NCBI GenBank assembly: GCA_963655605.1 | Contig: CAVKGJ010000103.1 | Span: forward strand, 9,437-73,436 | Origin: Oscillospiraceae bacterium | GTDB taxonomy: Bacteria; Pseudomonadota; Gammaproteobacteria; Burkholderiales; Burkholderiaceae_D | Direction: 5' to 3' | DNA: 64,000 bases | In this document: positions 36,599 to 49,682 of the stretch, in pieces | Layout: each line of letters starts with the position of its first letter | Position numbering within the stretch: position 1 is the stretch's first letter | Program-made: the position numbers and the translations under genes | The notes under the pieces: model-generated | Told to the model about the DNA's origin: nothing | The model's database searches: none | The model's input: only the letters and a program-made list of their open reading frames with translations

Positions 36599-38005
36599 TC
36601 AACCCAATGCCTTTTCCAGGAGTTTGCCCGAAACACTGCTGATCGAACCTGCACCCATCGTCATCACGACATCGCCATCCTCTATCACATTCAAAATGGC
36701 GGACGGCATTTCAGCGATCTCCTCGACAAATACGGGATCCACTTTCCCAGCCACCCGGATAGCCCGAGCCAATGTCCTGCCATCCGCGGCGACAATCGGC
36801 TGTTCCCCCGCAGGATAAACTTCTCCCAGAAGCAGAACATCCGCACTGGAAAGTACCTTTACAAAATCCTCGAACAAATCACGTGTCCGGGTATAGCGGT
36901 GTGGCTGGAACGCCAGAACAAGTCTTTTGTCCGGGTATGCGCCTCTGGCCGCTGCAATCGTGGCCGCCATTTCGGAAGGATGGTGTCCATAATCGTCAAC
37001 CAGCTCCACTTCCGCCTGCGTTTCGCCATTTTTCTTGGGCAAACGGATTTTCCCGAGCCTGGTAAACCGCCGGTTGACTCCGGTAAATCTTTCCATGGCT
37101 TTTTGTATGGCTCCGTCATCAATACCCAGTTCGCGTGCAATGGCAATCACGGCACAGGCATTCTGGACATTATGCATACCCGGTTGGTTAAGACGGATAG
37201 CGACCGGAGGATGCCCTTTCTGAAGAGCGGTGAATGTCATCATCGTCCCTTCCGCACGGGCATCTACCGCACGAACGTCAGCCTCTTCATGAAATCCATA
37301 TGTCGTTACAGGTTTGGAAATGAACGGCCGGATCTCACGCACATTGTTGTCGTCGATGCAAAGCATGACCCTGCCATAAAACGGCAAACGCTGGGTAAAC
37401 GCGATAAAAGCCTGTTTCAGCCGTGCAAAATCATGGCCATAAGTATCCATATGATCGGCATCGATATTGGTAATCACCTCGATAACCGGATTCAGGTTCA
37501 GAAAGGATGCATCCGATTCATCCGCTTCCGCGACAATGAAATCACCCGCCCCGAGTCCGGCATTGGCACCTGCGCTGTTCAAACGTCCGCCGATCACAAA
37601 AGTCGGATCGAAACCGCCTTCAGCCAGCACACTGGCGACCAGACTGGTTGTCGTCGTTTTTCCATGTGTCCCCGCAATCGCGATACCGCGTTTCAGTCTC
37701 ATCAGTTCAGCCAGCATGACGGCTCTCGGAACAATAGGAACACTTTTCTTGCGTGCCGCCAATACTTCCGGATTGTCATCCTTGATAGCACTTGAAACGA
37801 CAATGGCATCGGCTTTTTCAATATTTTCCGCAGCATGTCCAAGCATGACGCGGGCACCCAATGCGGCCAGATGCCGCGTTGAAGAATTGCTCGTCAGATC
37901 CGACCCGGTAATTTCGTAGCCGAGATTGAGCAACACTTCGGCAATACCGCTCATTCCGCTTCCGCCGATTCCGACAAAATGAATTTTCTTGACTTTATGT
38001 TTCAT
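36599..38005 (-). CDS. murC: UDP-N-acetylmuramate--L-alanine ligase
   Basis: [40 protein letters not shown]. Confidence 0.98.
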   Translation of the reverse strand: MKHKVKKIHFVGIGGSGMSGIAEVLLNLGYEITGSDLTSNSSTRHLAALGARVMLGHAAENIEKADAIVVSSAIKDDNPEVLAARKKSVPIVPRAVMLAELMRLKRGIAIAGTHGKTTTTSLVASVLAEGGFDPTFVIGGRLNSAGANAGLGAGDFIVAEADESDASFLNLNPVIEVITNIDADHMDTYGHDFARLKQAFIAFTQRLPFYGRVMLCIDDNNVREIRPFISKPVTTYGFHEEADVRAVDARAEGTMMTFTALQKGHPPVAIRLNQPGMHNVQNACAVIAIARELGIDDGAIQKAMERFTGVNRRFTRLGKIRLPKKNGETQAEVELVDDYGHHPSEMAATIAAARGAYPDKRLVLAFQPHRYTRTRDLFEDFVKVLSSADVLLLGEVYPAGEQPIVAADGRTLARAIRVAGKVDPVFVEEIAEMPSAILNVIEDGDVVMTMGAGSISSVSGKLLEKALG

Positions 38006-38014
38006 ACCATCAAT

Positions 38015-39100
38015 CTATTTACTGTTAGCTGTCCTGATCAGGATTTCAGCAATTCTTTCATTGGCATCCCTCTTGCCCAGCGAATATGCTTTTTTCGCCA
38101 TTTCCAGACATTTCTCGCGCGTCATCTCCCTCAAAAGTCCAGCCAGATATTCCGGCGTCAGACTTGTCTGCGGAAGATGAATCGCTGCCCCTTTCTTGTG
38201 CATGAACATCGCATTGTCCCGCTGGTGCGACGTGCTGGATGCAATAAACGGCACAAGAATGCTCGCCACTCCGGCTGAAGTCAGCTCTGAAACCGTAATC
38301 GCTCCTGCACGGCAAATCACCAGATCAACATCTGCATACCGCATTGCCATATCGTCAATAAAATCGACCACTTCGGCATGCACCTGCACCTTGCGATATT
38401 GCTGCCGGACAGCAGCGATATGCTGTCTTCCCGTCTGATGCAGCAATACAGGACGGGTATCGAAAGGCAACAGCGCCATCGCTGCGGGTAAACAGTCATT
38501 CAATGCCTTCGCACCCAGACTGCCGCCAACCACCATGATTTTCAGAACGCCCTGGCGATGCGCGTAACGGTATTCTGGCGCGGGCAGATTCCTGATTTCC
38601 TCTCGTACCGGATTGCCGGTACAAACCGCCTTCGCGGCCAGATCGCCAAAATCCCCCGGAAACCCGAACAAGACTTGTCTGGCTGATGATGCCAGCGTTC
38701 TGTTGGACAAAAGCAGTCTGGCATCTGCATTGACCAGCACAATCGGAATGCCGAGCATCCGCGCCGCCATTCCTCCCGGAACCGTGACATACCCTCCCAT
38801 CCCGACGACCAGATCGGGCTTGCGCTTTTTCATAATGCCCAGACAGGTCATGAACCCGGTCACCATATGAACACTGCCCTTCAACATGTGTACCAGTCCC
38901 TTGCCCCTCAGACCGGCAAAATCAATGCCATCCATTTCGATGCCGTGGGAAGGTACGATCTTTCCTTCCATGCCATGCTGTGTCCCCAGCCAAGAAACCT
39001 TCCATCCCTTCTGCTGCATGGTGGATGCAATGGCAAGACCGGGAAAAATATGTCCGCCGGTTCCGGCAGCCATGATCATGAGTTTTCTGGACGGCTTCAT
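38015..39100 (-). CDS. murG: lipid II GlcNAc transferase
   Basis: [27 protein letters not shown]. Confidence 0.97.
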   Translation of the reverse strand: MKPSRKLMIMAAGTGGHIFPGLAIASTMQQKGWKVSWLGTQHGMEGKIVPSHGIEMDGIDFAGLRGKGLVHMLKGSVHMVTGFMTCLGIMKKRKPDLVVGMGGYVTVPGGMAARMLGIPIVLVNADARLLLSNRTLASSARQVLFGFPGDFGDLAAKAVCTGNPVREEIRNLPAPEYRYAHRQGVLKIMVVGGSLGAKALNDCLPAAMALLPFDTRPVLLHQTGRQHIAAVRQQYRKVQVHAEVVDFIDDMAMRYADVDLVICRAGAITVSELTSAGVASILVPFIASSTSHQRDNAMFMHKKGAAIHLPQTSLTPEYLAGLLREMTREKCLEMAKKAYSLGKRDANERIAEILIRTANSK

Positions 39101-40314
39101 GTACGGCCTCCTCTCATGATCTTCCTGTTCTCGTAATCGACACGCAACAGGATTGCCAGCGCCATGCAGTTGATCACAATTCCGGATCCGCCATAACTCA
39201 TCAGTGGAAGTGTCAACCCCTTGGTCGGCAAAAGCCCGAGATTCACCCCCATATTGATGAATGTCTGGACACCGATCCAGATGCCGATACCCTGTGCCAG
39301 CAGACCGGCAAAAATCCTGTCCATGGCAACGGCCTGACGCCCGATTTCAAACGCCCTCTTGACGATCCAGTAAAAAAGGGACACGACAACCAGAACACCG
39401 ATGAATCCCAGTTCTTCTCCGACAACGGCCATCAGAAAATCGGTATGCGCTTCCGGCAGATAATGCAGTTTCTCCACACTGCCGCCCAAACCGACCCCGA
39501 AAATTTCTCCGCGACCGAAAGCAATCAGGGAATGGGATAACTGATAACCTTTTCCAAGCGCGTTTGCCTCGTCCCACGGATTGAGATAGGCAAAAATGCG
39601 CTCCCTGCGCCAAGGCGACATAATGATGACCAGACTGAAAATACCGACCAGTGTCGCCGCGATGCCGCCGAACCAGATTCCATTGAAGCCACCCAGGAAA
39701 AGAATGCCCATGGCAATACAGATCACAACCCCCAGCGCTCCCAGATCCGGTTCAAGCAGCAGTAGCAAACCGATCATGCCAAGCGCTATCGCCATCGGGA
39801 AAAAACCTTTGGTCAGTTTGTGCATGAATTCCTGTTTCCGGACGGTATAGTCCGCGGCATACATGACAATAAACAGTTTCATCAGCTCAGACGGCTGCAA
39901 ACTGAACACTTTGAAAGAAAGCCACCGCCTTGCGCCGTTTACCCCTTTCCCGATTCCCGGAATCAGTACAAGCACGAGCAAAAACAATGTGATGATAAAC
40001 AGAAGAGGGGCATATTTCTGCCACGTATCGATCCTGACACGAAAAACCATCAGCCCCGCAACCAAACCCAGTACGATAAAAACTGCCTGCCTGATGAAAA
40101 AGTGCTCGTTCCGGTAACCGGCGTATTTCGGTGAATCCGGCAACGCGATGGAAGCGGAATAAACCATGATCAGTCCGAGAAACAGCAATGCCAGTATCGC
40201 AAATACCAGATATTGATCGAATTGCATCATTCTGACGCTTTTGGACGGAGATGTCCGCTCTTTTGCCATCCCTGCCATTCCATCAAAAAAGCGCTTTACC
40301 GGTTGCAGGTTCAT
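39097..40314 (-). CDS. ftsW: peptidoglycan polymerase FtsW
   Basis: [35 protein letters not shown]. Confidence 0.97.
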   Translation of the reverse strand: MNLQPVKRFFDGMAGMAKERTSPSKSVRMMQFDQYLVFAILALLFLGLIMVYSASIALPDSPKYAGYRNEHFFIRQAVFIVLGLVAGLMVFRVRIDTWQKYAPLLFIITLFLLVLVLIPGIGKGVNGARRWLSFKVFSLQPSELMKLFIVMYAADYTVRKQEFMHKLTKGFFPMAIALGMIGLLLLLEPDLGALGVVICIAMGILFLGGFNGIWFGGIAATLVGIFSLVIIMSPWRRERIFAYLNPWDEANALGKGYQLSHSLIAFGRGEIFGVGLGGSVEKLHYLPEAHTDFLMAVVGEELGFIGVLVVVSLFYWIVKRAFEIGRQAVAMDRIFAGLLAQGIGIWIGVQTFINMGVNLGLLPTKGLTLPLMSYGGSGIVINCMALAILLRVDYENRKIMRGGRT

Positions 40315-41813
40315 GACACCACTCCCTTTTCTGTACTTTCAAGCCGATGTACCTGAGCGATGAACACTTCAGAGCGATGCGCATAATTACGGAACATGTC
40401 CATACTGGCACAAGCGGGAGAAAGCAGGACAATATCGCTTTTTACCGCTATTTCCGAAGCATGGACAACCGCCTCTTCAAGGGAATCGCAATAAGCCAGC
40501 AAAGCACCTGTCCGGGAAAGTGCATCATGAATCCGGACGGCATCCTTTCCAATCAGCATGACCGCCTTGACATACCTGCTAACGACAGAAGACAAAGGCG
40601 AGAAATCCTGATCCTTTCCAAGCCCGCCGGCAATCAGGATGATATTTCTTTCCCCGCTTCCGGTACTTGCTCCCAACCCTCCAACTGCGGCGACCGTCGC
40701 TCCAACATTGGTTCCCTTGCTGTCGTCGAAATAAGCGACTTCTCTCACTGTGGCAACCAGTTCAACCCTGTGCGGTTCACCGCGATAATCCTTCAATGCC
40801 TGAAGCAGCGGAGCGAATGGCAGATCAATCGCCCTGCACAACGCCAGAGCGGCCAGTGCATTGCCTGCATTGTGCCTGCCGCGGATTTTCAGTGCATCGG
40901 CCGGCATCAGATTCCGGATCACCGTTTCAACCGGTATATCATTCGTTCTGCTTTTCCTGACAATACCGTCATCCGCAACTGACGCGACAGAAAGCCATAC
41001 CATCCCACGATCGGCATGCAGGCCGAAGGAACCGGGTCCGGCAGGCTCATCCGTACCGAAAGTGACCGCTTTCGTTCCCGATTTTCTCATTTTCATGACC
41101 GCTTCATCTTCCCGGTTCAGTACCTGAATCGTTTTTCTGCCGAAAATCCTTTCCTTGGCCGCACCATATGCCTGCATACTTCCATGCCAATCCAGATGAT
41201 CCTGTGTCAGGTTCAGAACTGTCGCTGCATCCAGTTCAAGGCTGTATGTTGCAAACAGCTGAAAACTCGACAATTCAAGAACCCAAACTTCCGGCAACCG
41301 GTTCCCTTCAATCACTTCAAGCAGGACATCAAGTGCAGCAGGACTGATATTGCCTGCCAGACGAACCGTTTTCCCTGCCTGACGGCACATATGTCCTGTC
41401 AGACTGGTCACTGTTGTCTTGCCATTCGTTCCTGTCACGGCAATGACTTTCGGTTTGTATTGCCTTTCTTCTTCAAGATTTTTCAAAGCACAGGCGAACA
41501 TTTCGATTTCACTCCAGACCGGAATGCCATGCTCCCTGGCGAAAGGCAAAATTTCTTTCAACTCGACATCCGGACGCAAACCCGGACTGACCGCAACAAT
41601 ATCGAAAACATCCAGCCCAAGTCCTGCGGCAGAAAAGGGACCACTTACAAAACCAACTTGCGGAAGTTCCGTTTGCAGATTCTGCAACCTGTCGGGTTTT
41701 TCACGTGTATCGGCAACGCAAACACTCGCCCCGCAATAAGCGCTCCAGCGTGCCATTGCCAGACCGGATTCGCCCAGTCCCAGTACGAGTATCTTTTTAC
41801 CAGCCCAGTTCAT
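40311..41813 (-). CDS. murD: UDP-N-acetylmuramoyl-L-alanine--D-glutamate ligase
   Basis: [36 protein letters not shown]. Confidence 0.97.
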   Translation of the reverse strand: MNWAGKKILVLGLGESGLAMARWSAYCGASVCVADTREKPDRLQNLQTELPQVGFVSGPFSAAGLGLDVFDIVAVSPGLRPDVELKEILPFAREHGIPVWSEIEMFACALKNLEEERQYKPKVIAVTGTNGKTTVTSLTGHMCRQAGKTVRLAGNISPAALDVLLEVIEGNRLPEVWVLELSSFQLFATYSLELDAATVLNLTQDHLDWHGSMQAYGAAKERIFGRKTIQVLNREDEAVMKMRKSGTKAVTFGTDEPAGPGSFGLHADRGMVWLSVASVADDGIVRKSRTNDIPVETVIRNLMPADALKIRGRHNAGNALAALALCRAIDLPFAPLLQALKDYRGEPHRVELVATVREVAYFDDSKGTNVGATVAAVGGLGASTGSGERNIILIAGGLGKDQDFSPLSSVVSRYVKAVMLIGKDAVRIHDALSRTGALLAYCDSLEEAVVHASEIAVKSDIVLLSPACASMDMFRNYAHRSEVFIAQVHRLESTEKGVVS

Positions 41814-41814
41814 A

Positions 41815-42984
41815 TCATCTAATCTTCAAAGTCGACAAACCGATCAGCACAAGAATCATGGTGATAATCCAGAAACGGACAACCACCTTCGTTTCTTTCC
41901 ATCCTTTCTGCTCGAAATGGTGATGCAGTGGTGCCATCAGGAAAATTCTGCGACCGACACCATATTTCCTTTTCGTATATTTGAAATACGTCACCTGCAA
42001 CATAACGGAAACGGTTTCCGCCACGAAAATGCCTCCCATGACAAACAATACGATTTCCTGCCTGACAATCACGGCAATCGTTCCCAATGCGCCGCCCAAA
42101 GCGAGGGCGCCAACATCTCCCATGAACATTTGGGCCGGATGGGCGTTGAACCACAAAAATGCCAGTCCGGCTCCTGCCATGGCTCCACAGAAAACAAGAA
42201 GTTCTCCGGTCCCCGGAATGAAAGGAATGAACAGATAACGTGAATAAACAGCATGTCCAGTCAGATAGGCAAATACGCCGAGTGCCGTACCGACCATAAT
42301 CGTCGGCATGATGGTCAGCCCATCAAGACCGTCTGTCAGATTGACGGCATTGCTCGTTCCGACAATCACAAAATAGGTCAGTGCAATAAATCCCCAGACA
42401 CCCAGTGGATAACTGACCATCTTGAAAAACGGAATGATGAAGTCCGCCTTGGGTGGCAGATCCATGCTGAATCCGGATTTGACCCACTCGACAAAAAGAT
42501 GCCAGACCTCGAAATTGGACTGTCCGGATACGGCAAAAGCCAGATAGACCGCGGATGCCAACCCGATCACGGATTGCCAGAAATATTTTTCACGCGAAGA
42601 CATGCCGTTCGGATTCTTGTATACCACTTTCCTGTAATCATCGACCCAGCCAATGACGCCGAATCCCATCGTGACAATCAGGACAACCCAGACGAAACGG
42701 TTTGAAAGATCGCACCATAACAGCGTCGAAACGGCTATTGCGATAAGAATCAGAAGTCCTCCCATCGTCGGGGTTCCGGATTTGACCAGATGAGTCTGCG
42801 GACCATCCGTGCGGACAGCCTGTCCGACCTTAAGCCTGGTCAACAAACGGATAACTGCCGGCCCGGCAGCCAAACCGATAGACAGTGCTGTCAAGGTGGC
42901 GAAAACCGCCCTGAAGGAAATGTAACCGAATATTCTCAGCACTCCCATATCCTGCTGAAAAAACTGAGCCAGCCAAAGCAGCAT
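41815..42984 (-). CDS. mraY: phospho-N-acetylmuramoyl-pentapeptide transferase
   Basis: [34 protein letters not shown]. Confidence 0.98.
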   Translation of the reverse strand: MLLWLAQFFQQDMGVLRIFGYISFRAVFATLTALSIGLAAGPAVIRLLTRLKVGQAVRTDGPQTHLVKSGTPTMGGLLILIAIAVSTLLWCDLSNRFVWVVLIVTMGFGVIGWVDDYRKVVYKNPNGMSSREKYFWQSVIGLASAVYLAFAVSGQSNFEVWHLFVEWVKSGFSMDLPPKADFIIPFFKMVSYPLGVWGFIALTYFVIVGTSNAVNLTDGLDGLTIMPTIMVGTALGVFAYLTGHAVYSRYLFIPFIPGTGELLVFCGAMAGAGLAFLWFNAHPAQMFMGDVGALALGGALGTIAVIVRQEIVLFVMGGIFVAETVSVMLQVTYFKYTKRKYGVGRRIFLMAPLHHHFEQKGWKETKVVVRFWIITMILVLIGLSTLKIR

Positions 42985-42985
42985 A

Positions 42986-44353
42986 TCAACAACCTTCCCC
43001 GTTCATTGCGTTCATTAATCCTTCCACAACCCGTTCCATTCTCATAAAACGCGACCCCTTGACCAGCACCGTCATCTGTGGCTCAACCAGTTTTCTCAAC
43101 ATTCCATTCATTTCATCCAGTTTCATGAAATGCCGTGCATTTTTCCCATAACCCTGCGAGGCAAAACGCGCCATTTCACCATAAGTGAAAAAATGCCCGA
43201 TTCCCCGTTCCCTGGCATACTCGCCCACCTCGATATGAAAACGTTCCCCCTCATTTCCGACCTCTCCCATATCTCCCAGAACCAGAACGCTGTCAGAAGA
43301 AATATCGGATAAAACATCAATCGCCGCACGCACAGAATCGGGATTGGCATTATAGGTATCGTCAATCAGCAATGCGCCATTAAACGCACTTTTTCTTTCA
43401 AGCCTGCCATGAACGGGCATGAAATTCTCCAACCCCGCCGCAATGATTTCCCTGTCGATCCCCGTGGCGAAACAGCAGGCGGCAGCGGCCATGGCATTTC
43501 TGACGTTATGCCTGCCACTCGTCGATAACACCAGTTCGACCTTTTCTCCAGCAAATGACATGATCACCCGTGTCTTGCCATTTTCCATCCGGTAACTTCC
43601 CGACACATCCGCGGTCTGGCAAAAACCGAATGTGACGACTCGTCGATGCGTCGCATAATCCGACCATAGGGAAGAATAGGCATCATCGGCAGGAAAAACC
43701 GCGATGCCGTCTTCCGGCAAGGAACGGATAACCATTCCGTTTTCCTGTGCAACGGCTTCGACACTTTGCATGAATTCCTGATGTTCGCGCTGTGCATTAT
43801 TGACAAGACCGATTGTCGGCTGCGCTATCGCTGCCAGATATGCCATTTCGCCGACATGATTCATCCCCAATTCGATTACGGCAGCATCGTGTCTGTCCTC
43901 CAGCCTGAAAAGCGTAAGAGGCACGCCAATATCGTTATTGAAATTGCCCGGTGTGGACAAACAGGCGTTTTCCCCATAGGCCGCCCTGAAAACAGAAGCG
44001 ATCATTTCCTTGACGGTCGTTTTGCCATTGCTTCCCGTCACACCAACGACAGGTATCCTGAACTGCTTGCGCCAGTGCCTAGCGATATCTCCCATTGCCA
44101 GACGGGTATTTTCGACAACCAGCGCCGGCAAAGGATAATTTTCAGGAAATCTTTCGACCAATACGGCAGAAGCCCCCTTGTCGGCAACATCCTCCAGAAA
44201 CCGGTGCGCATCGAAATTTTCACCATTTAAGGCAATAAACAGATTGCCGGACTGCACCTGGCGGCTGTCAGTGGACACACCGTCAAAAACGGCATCGGCA
44301 GTCATTCTGCTGCCCGGAACCCACTGCACAAGTTGCGAAAGAGTCGCTTTCAT
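42986..44353 (-). CDS. murF: UDP-MurNAc-tripeptide--D-Ala-D-Ala ligase
   Basis: [38 protein letters not shown]. Confidence 0.97.
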   Translation of the reverse strand: MKATLSQLVQWVPGSRMTADAVFDGVSTDSRQVQSGNLFIALNGENFDAHRFLEDVADKGASAVLVERFPENYPLPALVVENTRLAMGDIARHWRKQFRIPVVGVTGSNGKTTVKEMIASVFRAAYGENACLSTPGNFNNDIGVPLTLFRLEDRHDAAVIELGMNHVGEMAYLAAIAQPTIGLVNNAQREHQEFMQSVEAVAQENGMVIRSLPEDGIAVFPADDAYSSLWSDYATHRRVVTFGFCQTADVSGSYRMENGKTRVIMSFAGEKVELVLSTSGRHNVRNAMAAAACCFATGIDREIIAAGLENFMPVHGRLERKSAFNGALLIDDTYNANPDSVRAAIDVLSDISSDSVLVLGDMGEVGNEGERFHIEVGEYARERGIGHFFTYGEMARFASQGYGKNARHFMKLDEMNGMLRKLVEPQMTVLVKGSRFMRMERVVEGLMNAMNGEGC

Positions 44354-45870
44354 ACCGCCACCTTCATGTTCGACACGCGTGAGGCCAATGCCAGTGCGAC
44401 ATGATCGGCATCGGCAAATGGCAGTTTCACGCCTTTTATTTCCTGATACGTTTCATGCCCTTTTCCCGCAAGAAAAATCACATCGTTTTTCGAAGCCTGT
44501 CGTACTGCCTGCAATATGGCAGTCGCCCGGTCCTCGAACATTTGCGGGCTCTTCTGCATTCCCGAAACGATCTGTTTCATGATTTCTTTCGGATCCTCGC
44601 TGCGTGGATTGTCACTGGTCACAATGACAAAATCAGCCTGTTCGGAGACAGCTCCCATTTGCGGACGTTTGCCATGATCCCGATCTCCACCGCAGCCGAA
44701 AACACACCACAACCGGCCATTTCTGTCATCGGCGACCTGCCTCAATGCCGACAGCCCCTTCTCCATGGCATCCGGAGTATGCGCAAAATCAATCACGACC
44801 AGCGGTGTTTCGCTGCTACCCATTTGTTGCATCCGCCCAGGTGGCGGCAACAGTTCACCCAATGAAAAAACCGCTTTATCCCATGGCATACCGGCAGCCA
44901 GCAAAACGCCCAATACCCCCAGTGTATTGCTGACATTGAAACGGCCGATCAAATGCGTCCGGACTCTTGCGGCCCCGAAAGGTGATTCCACGCGAAACTC
45001 AATACCCTGGATACGGTTGCGAAGATCCTGTGCTCTCAGCACAGGAATACCGGCATCGGCATTTTCCAGAGTAAACCCTATCAACGCGATCTTTTCCGCA
45101 AGTCCGGCTGCCAGCTCGATACCCATCGGATCATCAAGATTCAACACGGCATGCTTCAGACCCGGCCAGTTGAACAGCTTCCGCTTTGCCGCCTTGTAAG
45201 CAGCCATGTCATGGTGATAATCCAGATGGTCACGGGTAAAATTCGTAAACAGCGCAATATCAATCGGAATACCGTTAAGACGTCCCTGATCAATACCGAT
45301 GGAAGACGCTTCCATTGCGATGCACGCCACGCCCTTTTTGCGCAACTCGGCCAGTTTGCGCTGCAATTGCACCTGATCGGGTGTTGTATATCCCGTTTCC
45401 TCGGCAATACCGCTCTTGCCGTCTTCAAAAACCGAAACACCAAGCGTCCCGATAACAGCTGTTTTCTTTCCCCATCTCGACAGGGACTGTCCGATCCACT
45501 GGGTACATGACGTTTTGCCATTTGTACCCGTTACAGCAATAATCAACATGGATTTCGCGGGAGAACCATAATAGGCATCCGCAATCGGACCGGCATACGC
45601 CTTCAGGCCAGATACTCCCCGATGAGGGACATTCCATTCCGGATTCCAAGTGAACCCTTCACTTTCATAAACAACGGCAATGGCACCATTCTCAATGGCT
45701 TTCGAAATATAGTTCCGGCCATCCGCGGAATCCCCCTTATAAGCAAAAAACACGGCGTGTCGTGTACTCGTACCGATCTCGCGGGAATCCGAAAAAAGTT
45801 CGCTCCCCGGACAGGTCAGTTCAAGCCAACGAACGATTGATGCTATTGTCTGCGCAGATGCATTTTTCAT
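44350..45870 (-). CDS. murE: UDP-MurNAc-dipeptide--meso-diaminopimelate ligase
   Basis: TGTNGKTS, FTRDHLDYH, DFAHTPD, DNPR (mDAP specificity), AGKGHE. Confidence 0.97.
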   Translation of the reverse strand: MKNASAQTIASIVRWLELTCPGSELFSDSREIGTSTRHAVFFAYKGDSADGRNYISKAIENGAIAVVYESEGFTWNPEWNVPHRGVSGLKAYAGPIADAYYGSPAKSMLIIAVTGTNGKTSCTQWIGQSLSRWGKKTAVIGTLGVSVFEDGKSGIAEETGYTTPDQVQLQRKLAELRKKGVACIAMEASSIGIDQGRLNGIPIDIALFTNFTRDHLDYHHDMAAYKAAKRKLFNWPGLKHAVLNLDDPMGIELAAGLAEKIALIGFTLENADAGIPVLRAQDLRNRIQGIEFRVESPFGAARVRTHLIGRFNVSNTLGVLGVLLAAGMPWDKAVFSLGELLPPPGRMQQMGSSETPLVVIDFAHTPDAMEKGLSALRQVADDRNGRLWCVFGCGGDRDHGKRPQMGAVSEQADFVIVTSDNPRSEDPKEIMKQIVSGMQKSPQMFEDRATAILQAVRQASKNDVIFLAGKGHETYQEIKGVKLPFADADHVALALASRVSNMKVAV

Positions 45871-47639
45871 AAGCCCACCTTTGCCATCTTGTCTGTGGAC
45901 AACAATTCATCGACCTGCGCATCCGGAGAGATATTCATCGCCCTCAAGGTGTCTGCCGCTACGGCGGAAAATACTGGAGCAGCCGCCGAACCGCCATAAT
46001 GCCCAACCGTCGGTTCATCAATCATGACGGCGATAACGACACGCGGATCGGAAGCAGGAGCGAAACCGACGAATGAACCGACATATTTGCGGACATACCG
46101 ACCATTTTCGATCTTGTAAGCTGTACCGGTTTTCCCGGCTACACGATACCCGGCAACCTGTGCCCTTTTCGCCGTTCCTTTTTCTCCCGTTACCATTTCA
46201 AGCATTTGCCGCATGTCACGGGCCGTTTTTTTCGATATGATCTGCCGTCCCTCCGGCAATTCGTCCCGTTTCAGGAATGTCAGTGGAATCATGTCGCCAT
46301 CACGTGCGAAAATCATGTAAGAATGTGCCATCTGGAAAAGGGAAACCGAAATACCGTGCCCGTAACTCATCGTCGCCTGTTCAATCGGACGCCACGATTT
46401 AAAAGGACGGACACGACCAGCAACCGCTCCCGGGAATCCGAAACGCGGCTGCTGCCCGAAGCCGACCGACGTAAACATTTCCCACATCTCGCGCGGTTGC
46501 ATCTGCAAAGCGATTTTGGCCGTTCCGATATTGGACGATTTTTCAATAACCTGAGCGACGGAAATGGTTCCATTCGAATGAGTATCCCCGATTGTTGCCG
46601 TCCCGATCGTCATTTTTCCCTGCCCGGTAGGAATCATGGTGGTCGGTTTCACCATCCCTTTTTCCAGAGCCAGCGCCACTGTAAACGGTTTCATGACGGA
46701 ACCGGGTTCGAACGTATCCGTCATCACACGATTGCGAAGCTGCGCCCCGGTCAGGTGTCTGCGGTCATTCGGATTGAAACTGGGCATGTTCACCATCGCA
46801 AGCACTTCCCCTGTATGCGTATCCAGAACCAGTACGCTGCCGGCTTTCGCCTTGTGCTTCTCGATTGCCTCACTCAGATACTTGTAGGCGATATACTGCA
46901 ACTTGCTGTCGATGGACAGGACGAGATCCTTTCCATCCACCGGTTCCCGTATCGCACGGATATCCTCGACAATATGACCGAGACGATCCTTGATAACACG
47001 ACGGCTGCCGGTCGAGCCGGCCAGCACATTCTGGGAAGCCAGTTCAATACCTTCCTGTCCGATATCTTCCACATTGGTAAAACCGACGACATGAGCCATG
47101 ACTTCCCCTTCGGGATAAAACCGCTTGTATTCCTTCCGGGTCTGGATACCGTTAATTCCCAGCCTGACGATTTCATCGGCAACTTCATTGTCGACCTGAC
47201 GCTTCAGATAGACGAAACTGCGGTCTGAATCAAGTTTCGCGTACAATGCCTTTTCACTCATGCCCAGCAACGATGCCAGTCTGCCGATTTTTTCCTTCGG
47301 CTGTGTCATGACATCTTCCGGAATCGCCCAGATAGCCTTGACCGGAACACTGGAAGCCAGCACATGGCCGTCCCTGTCCAGAATTTTTCCACGCGTAGCA
47401 GGTAACTCCAGTGTGCGCGCATAACGTGATTCTCCCTGTCTCTGCAGAAAATCCGTCGAGATTCCCTGCAACCACAAGGCACGAACCAGCAATCCGACAA
47501 ATGCAAGAAACAGCATGAACAGCACCAGACGCGAACGCAATGGCGACAGACTGACTTTTAGCTCGGGAGTCGCGGAAAAAGACACCCCTTTTGCTGCAGC
47601 AACACGCGAATTTTTCAGAAATTTCATATTGCGTATCAT
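45867..47639 (-). CDS. ftsI: penicillin-binding protein 3
   Basis: RGKILDR plus transpeptidase motifs SVMK, SSN and KTG. Confidence 0.96.
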   Translation of the reverse strand: MIRNMKFLKNSRVAAAKGVSFSATPELKVSLSPLRSRLVLFMLFLAFVGLLVRALWLQGISTDFLQRQGESRYARTLELPATRGKILDRDGHVLASSVPVKAIWAIPEDVMTQPKEKIGRLASLLGMSEKALYAKLDSDRSFVYLKRQVDNEVADEIVRLGINGIQTRKEYKRFYPEGEVMAHVVGFTNVEDIGQEGIELASQNVLAGSTGSRRVIKDRLGHIVEDIRAIREPVDGKDLVLSIDSKLQYIAYKYLSEAIEKHKAKAGSVLVLDTHTGEVLAMVNMPSFNPNDRRHLTGAQLRNRVMTDTFEPGSVMKPFTVALALEKGMVKPTTMIPTGQGKMTIGTATIGDTHSNGTISVAQVIEKSSNIGTAKIALQMQPREMWEMFTSVGFGQQPRFGFPGAVAGRVRPFKSWRPIEQATMSYGHGISVSLFQMAHSYMIFARDGDMIPLTFLKRDELPEGRQIISKKTARDMRQMLEMVTGEKGTAKRAQVAGYRVAGKTGTAYKIENGRYVRKYVGSFVGFAPASDPRVVIAVMIDEPTVGHYGGSAAAPVFSAVAADTLRAMNISPDAQVDELLSTDKMAKVGL

Positions 47640-47908
47640 GGCGATGTCATTTTCAGAAACTGGGTATTGGCCGGAATCACCCGTATCATGTTCAGTTCTT
47701 TAACAGCTTTTTCCTCGATTCGTGCATGCTTGCTAAGCGTTGACTGTTTCAGTTGCAATTGAGACCATTCGATCTCCAGCTGCCGCGTCTGTGTTTGCGC
47801 GAATTCAAGTTCGATGAAAAGTTTTCTCGCCTGATACTGTGAATTGACCAGCAAGAGTGCCGATATCGCAAGCAACAACGCCAGAACAAAGGGCCATCTA
47901 ATCCGCAT
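47636..47908 (-). CDS. ftsL: cell division protein FtsL
   Basis: Short TM plus leucine zipper, RIEEKA..EL.M. Lies between rsmH and ftsI. Confidence 0.9.
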   Translation of the reverse strand: MRIRWPFVLALLLAISALLLVNSQYQARKLFIELEFAQTQTRQLEIEWSQLQLKQSTLSKHARIEEKAVKELNMIRVIPANTQFLKMTSP

Positions 47909-48857
47909 CACACACTCCCTGATGCCTGCGAACTCGGGTAGCAACACGCAAAATAGCCGATCGAGCTCTTGCATTACGACTTACTTCTTCTGCAGAAGGT
48001 TTCATTTTCCCCAACAGTCTCATTTCAGGCTGCGGCAGTTCACATGCACGGACAGGCATACGCCGGTCAGGCATTTTTACAGTCGCTTTTTCTGCAAAAA
48101 ACCGTTTGACAATACGGTCTTCCAGAGAATGAAAACTGATCACGGACATCCTCCCGTTTACCCCCAGATGACGCCAAGCTTTGCCAAGCCCTATTTCCAG
48201 TTCTTCAAGCTCTCGGTTGATGTAAATCCGTATAGCTTGAAATGTGCGGGTGGCCGGATTTTTGCCCTTTTCAAAAGTCTTGACTGCCCCTGCCACAATT
48301 TCGGCAAGCTGTTTCGTGCTGTCAATGGGCTGTATGGCCCTGCCAGCAACAATCGCCTTTGCAATCTGAAAAGCAAACCGTTCTTCCCCATATTGATGAA
48401 TAACCTCCGCAATTTTCTTTTCGTCTTCGATAGCCAGCCACTCTTTCGCCGATATTCCTCCGGAAGGATCCATGCGCATATCCAACGGACCATCCAGCCT
48501 GAAACTGAATCCTCGTCCCGCATCCTCCACCTGAGGTGACGAAATACCCAAGTCGAGCAATATGCCATCAATTTCTTTTATCCCTCTTTCCGCAAGTACA
48601 TTTTCAAGGCCTGCAAAACTGCCGTGAACAATCTCGAACCGCCTGTCGACAATTCCATTCGCAACCCGAACCGCTTCCGGATCCTTGTCGAATGCGATCA
48701 GACGTCCCTTTTTCCCCAACTTTTCAAGAATCAGCCTGCTGTGCCCTCCACGACCGAACGTTCCGTCCAGATATACTCCGTCAGCGCGTTTCCCTTGTAT
48801 ATCCAGGGCATCCACAGCTTCATCAAGCAATACCGAATCATGAGTCAATTCCGGCAC
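47898..48857 (-). CDS. rsmH: 16S rRNA m4C1402 methyltransferase
   Basis: [48 protein letters not shown]. Confidence 0.97.
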   Translation of the reverse strand: MPELTHDSVLLDEAVDALDIQGKRADGVYLDGTFGRGGHSRLILEKLGKKGRLIAFDKDPEAVRVANGIVDRRFEIVHGSFAGLENVLAERGIKEIDGILLDLGISSPQVEDAGRGFSFRLDGPLDMRMDPSGGISAKEWLAIEDEKKIAEVIHQYGEERFAFQIAKAIVAGRAIQPIDSTKQLAEIVAGAVKTFEKGKNPATRTFQAIRIYINRELEELEIGLGKAWRHLGVNGRMSVISFHSLEDRIVKRFFAEKATVKMPDRRMPVRACELPQPEMRLLGKMKPSAEEVSRNARARSAILRVATRVRRHQGVCDAD

Positions 48858-48876
48858 TTCAGTTCACCCCGGCACT

Positions 48877-49305
48877 TCAAAACGAAAAATCCTGCAATGC
48901 TTCCGGCATACCTGATGCAATCGCTTCTGCCTCGTTTTCCATCAATTTCGCTGCATCCCATATCTCGAAATGACTTCCCATTCCCAATAACATGACATCC
49001 CTTGACAATCCAGCTGCCTTTCTGAGTTCAGGAGCAATCAGTATCCTGCCGGCGGAATCCATTTCAACATCCGATGCACTGCCCAGGAAAATGCGTTGCC
49101 AAGCACGTGCCGACATGGGCCATGCCGCGATTTTCTCGCGATGGCTTTCCCATACAGGTCTCGGAAAAAACAGGAGACAACCATGAGGATGCCGTGTCAG
49201 AGTCATCCGCCCATCGCACTGAAGCGACAGGACGTCACGATGCCTGGCCGGAATAAGCATCCTGCCCTTTGCATCCAGACTGATTGACGAAGCTCCCTGA
49301 AACAC
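48877..49305 (-). CDS. mraZ: dcw cluster transcriptional regulator MraZ
   Basis: FQG, DAKGR, DSAGR, FEIWD. GTG start at 49305 with AAGGA RBS. Confidence 0.96.
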   Translation of the reverse strand: MFQGASSISLDAKGRMLIPARHRDVLSLQCDGRMTLTRHPHGCLLFFPRPVWESHREKIAAWPMSARAWQRIFLGSASDVEMDSAGRILIAPELRKAAGLSRDVMLLGMGSHFEIWDAAKLMENEAEAIASGMPEALQDFSF

Positions 49306-49350
49306 GTGAACATCCTTTTTGATTGCCGTCCCTATTTGCAGAAGGACTAT

Positions 49351-49390
49351 CCCCCACAAATAAACACTATTTCACACTTTTACCCACTTT
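49351..49390 (-). promoter_or_regulatory. MraZ-binding direct repeats
   Basis: Minus-strand GTGGG, GTGTG, GTGTT, GTGGG boxes at an exact 10-bp period upstream of mraZ. Confidence 0.85.
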
Positions 49391-49682
49391 ATTAGATGCT
49401 CTATGTACGGTCAAGAGATTTTTGTTAATAAACCCGAAATTTCTTAATGAAGTCAAAGACTTAGAAGAGTGGCGTCATCATTGCCTGAAAACAAATCATC
49501 AAATAAATTAATCACTTAGATGACATATTGAAAGCACAGCCTTATACAAACACATGTATTTGTGCAAAATCGAATATTTTGTATTTGCGTCTTGCAATAC
49601 ACAACTGGCGTGAGGAAACGGAGACAGACGGAAAGGGGTATCGCGACAGCGAATACTGCCGCCAACCGGAAGGAAACAGGAA

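Noticed and set aside
36356..37795. 479-aa antisense ORF over ddl/murC (similarly 46206-47228 over ftsI and 53740-54846 over the kinase/orn)
   Set aside because: Opposite well-supported genes, with no domain signal.
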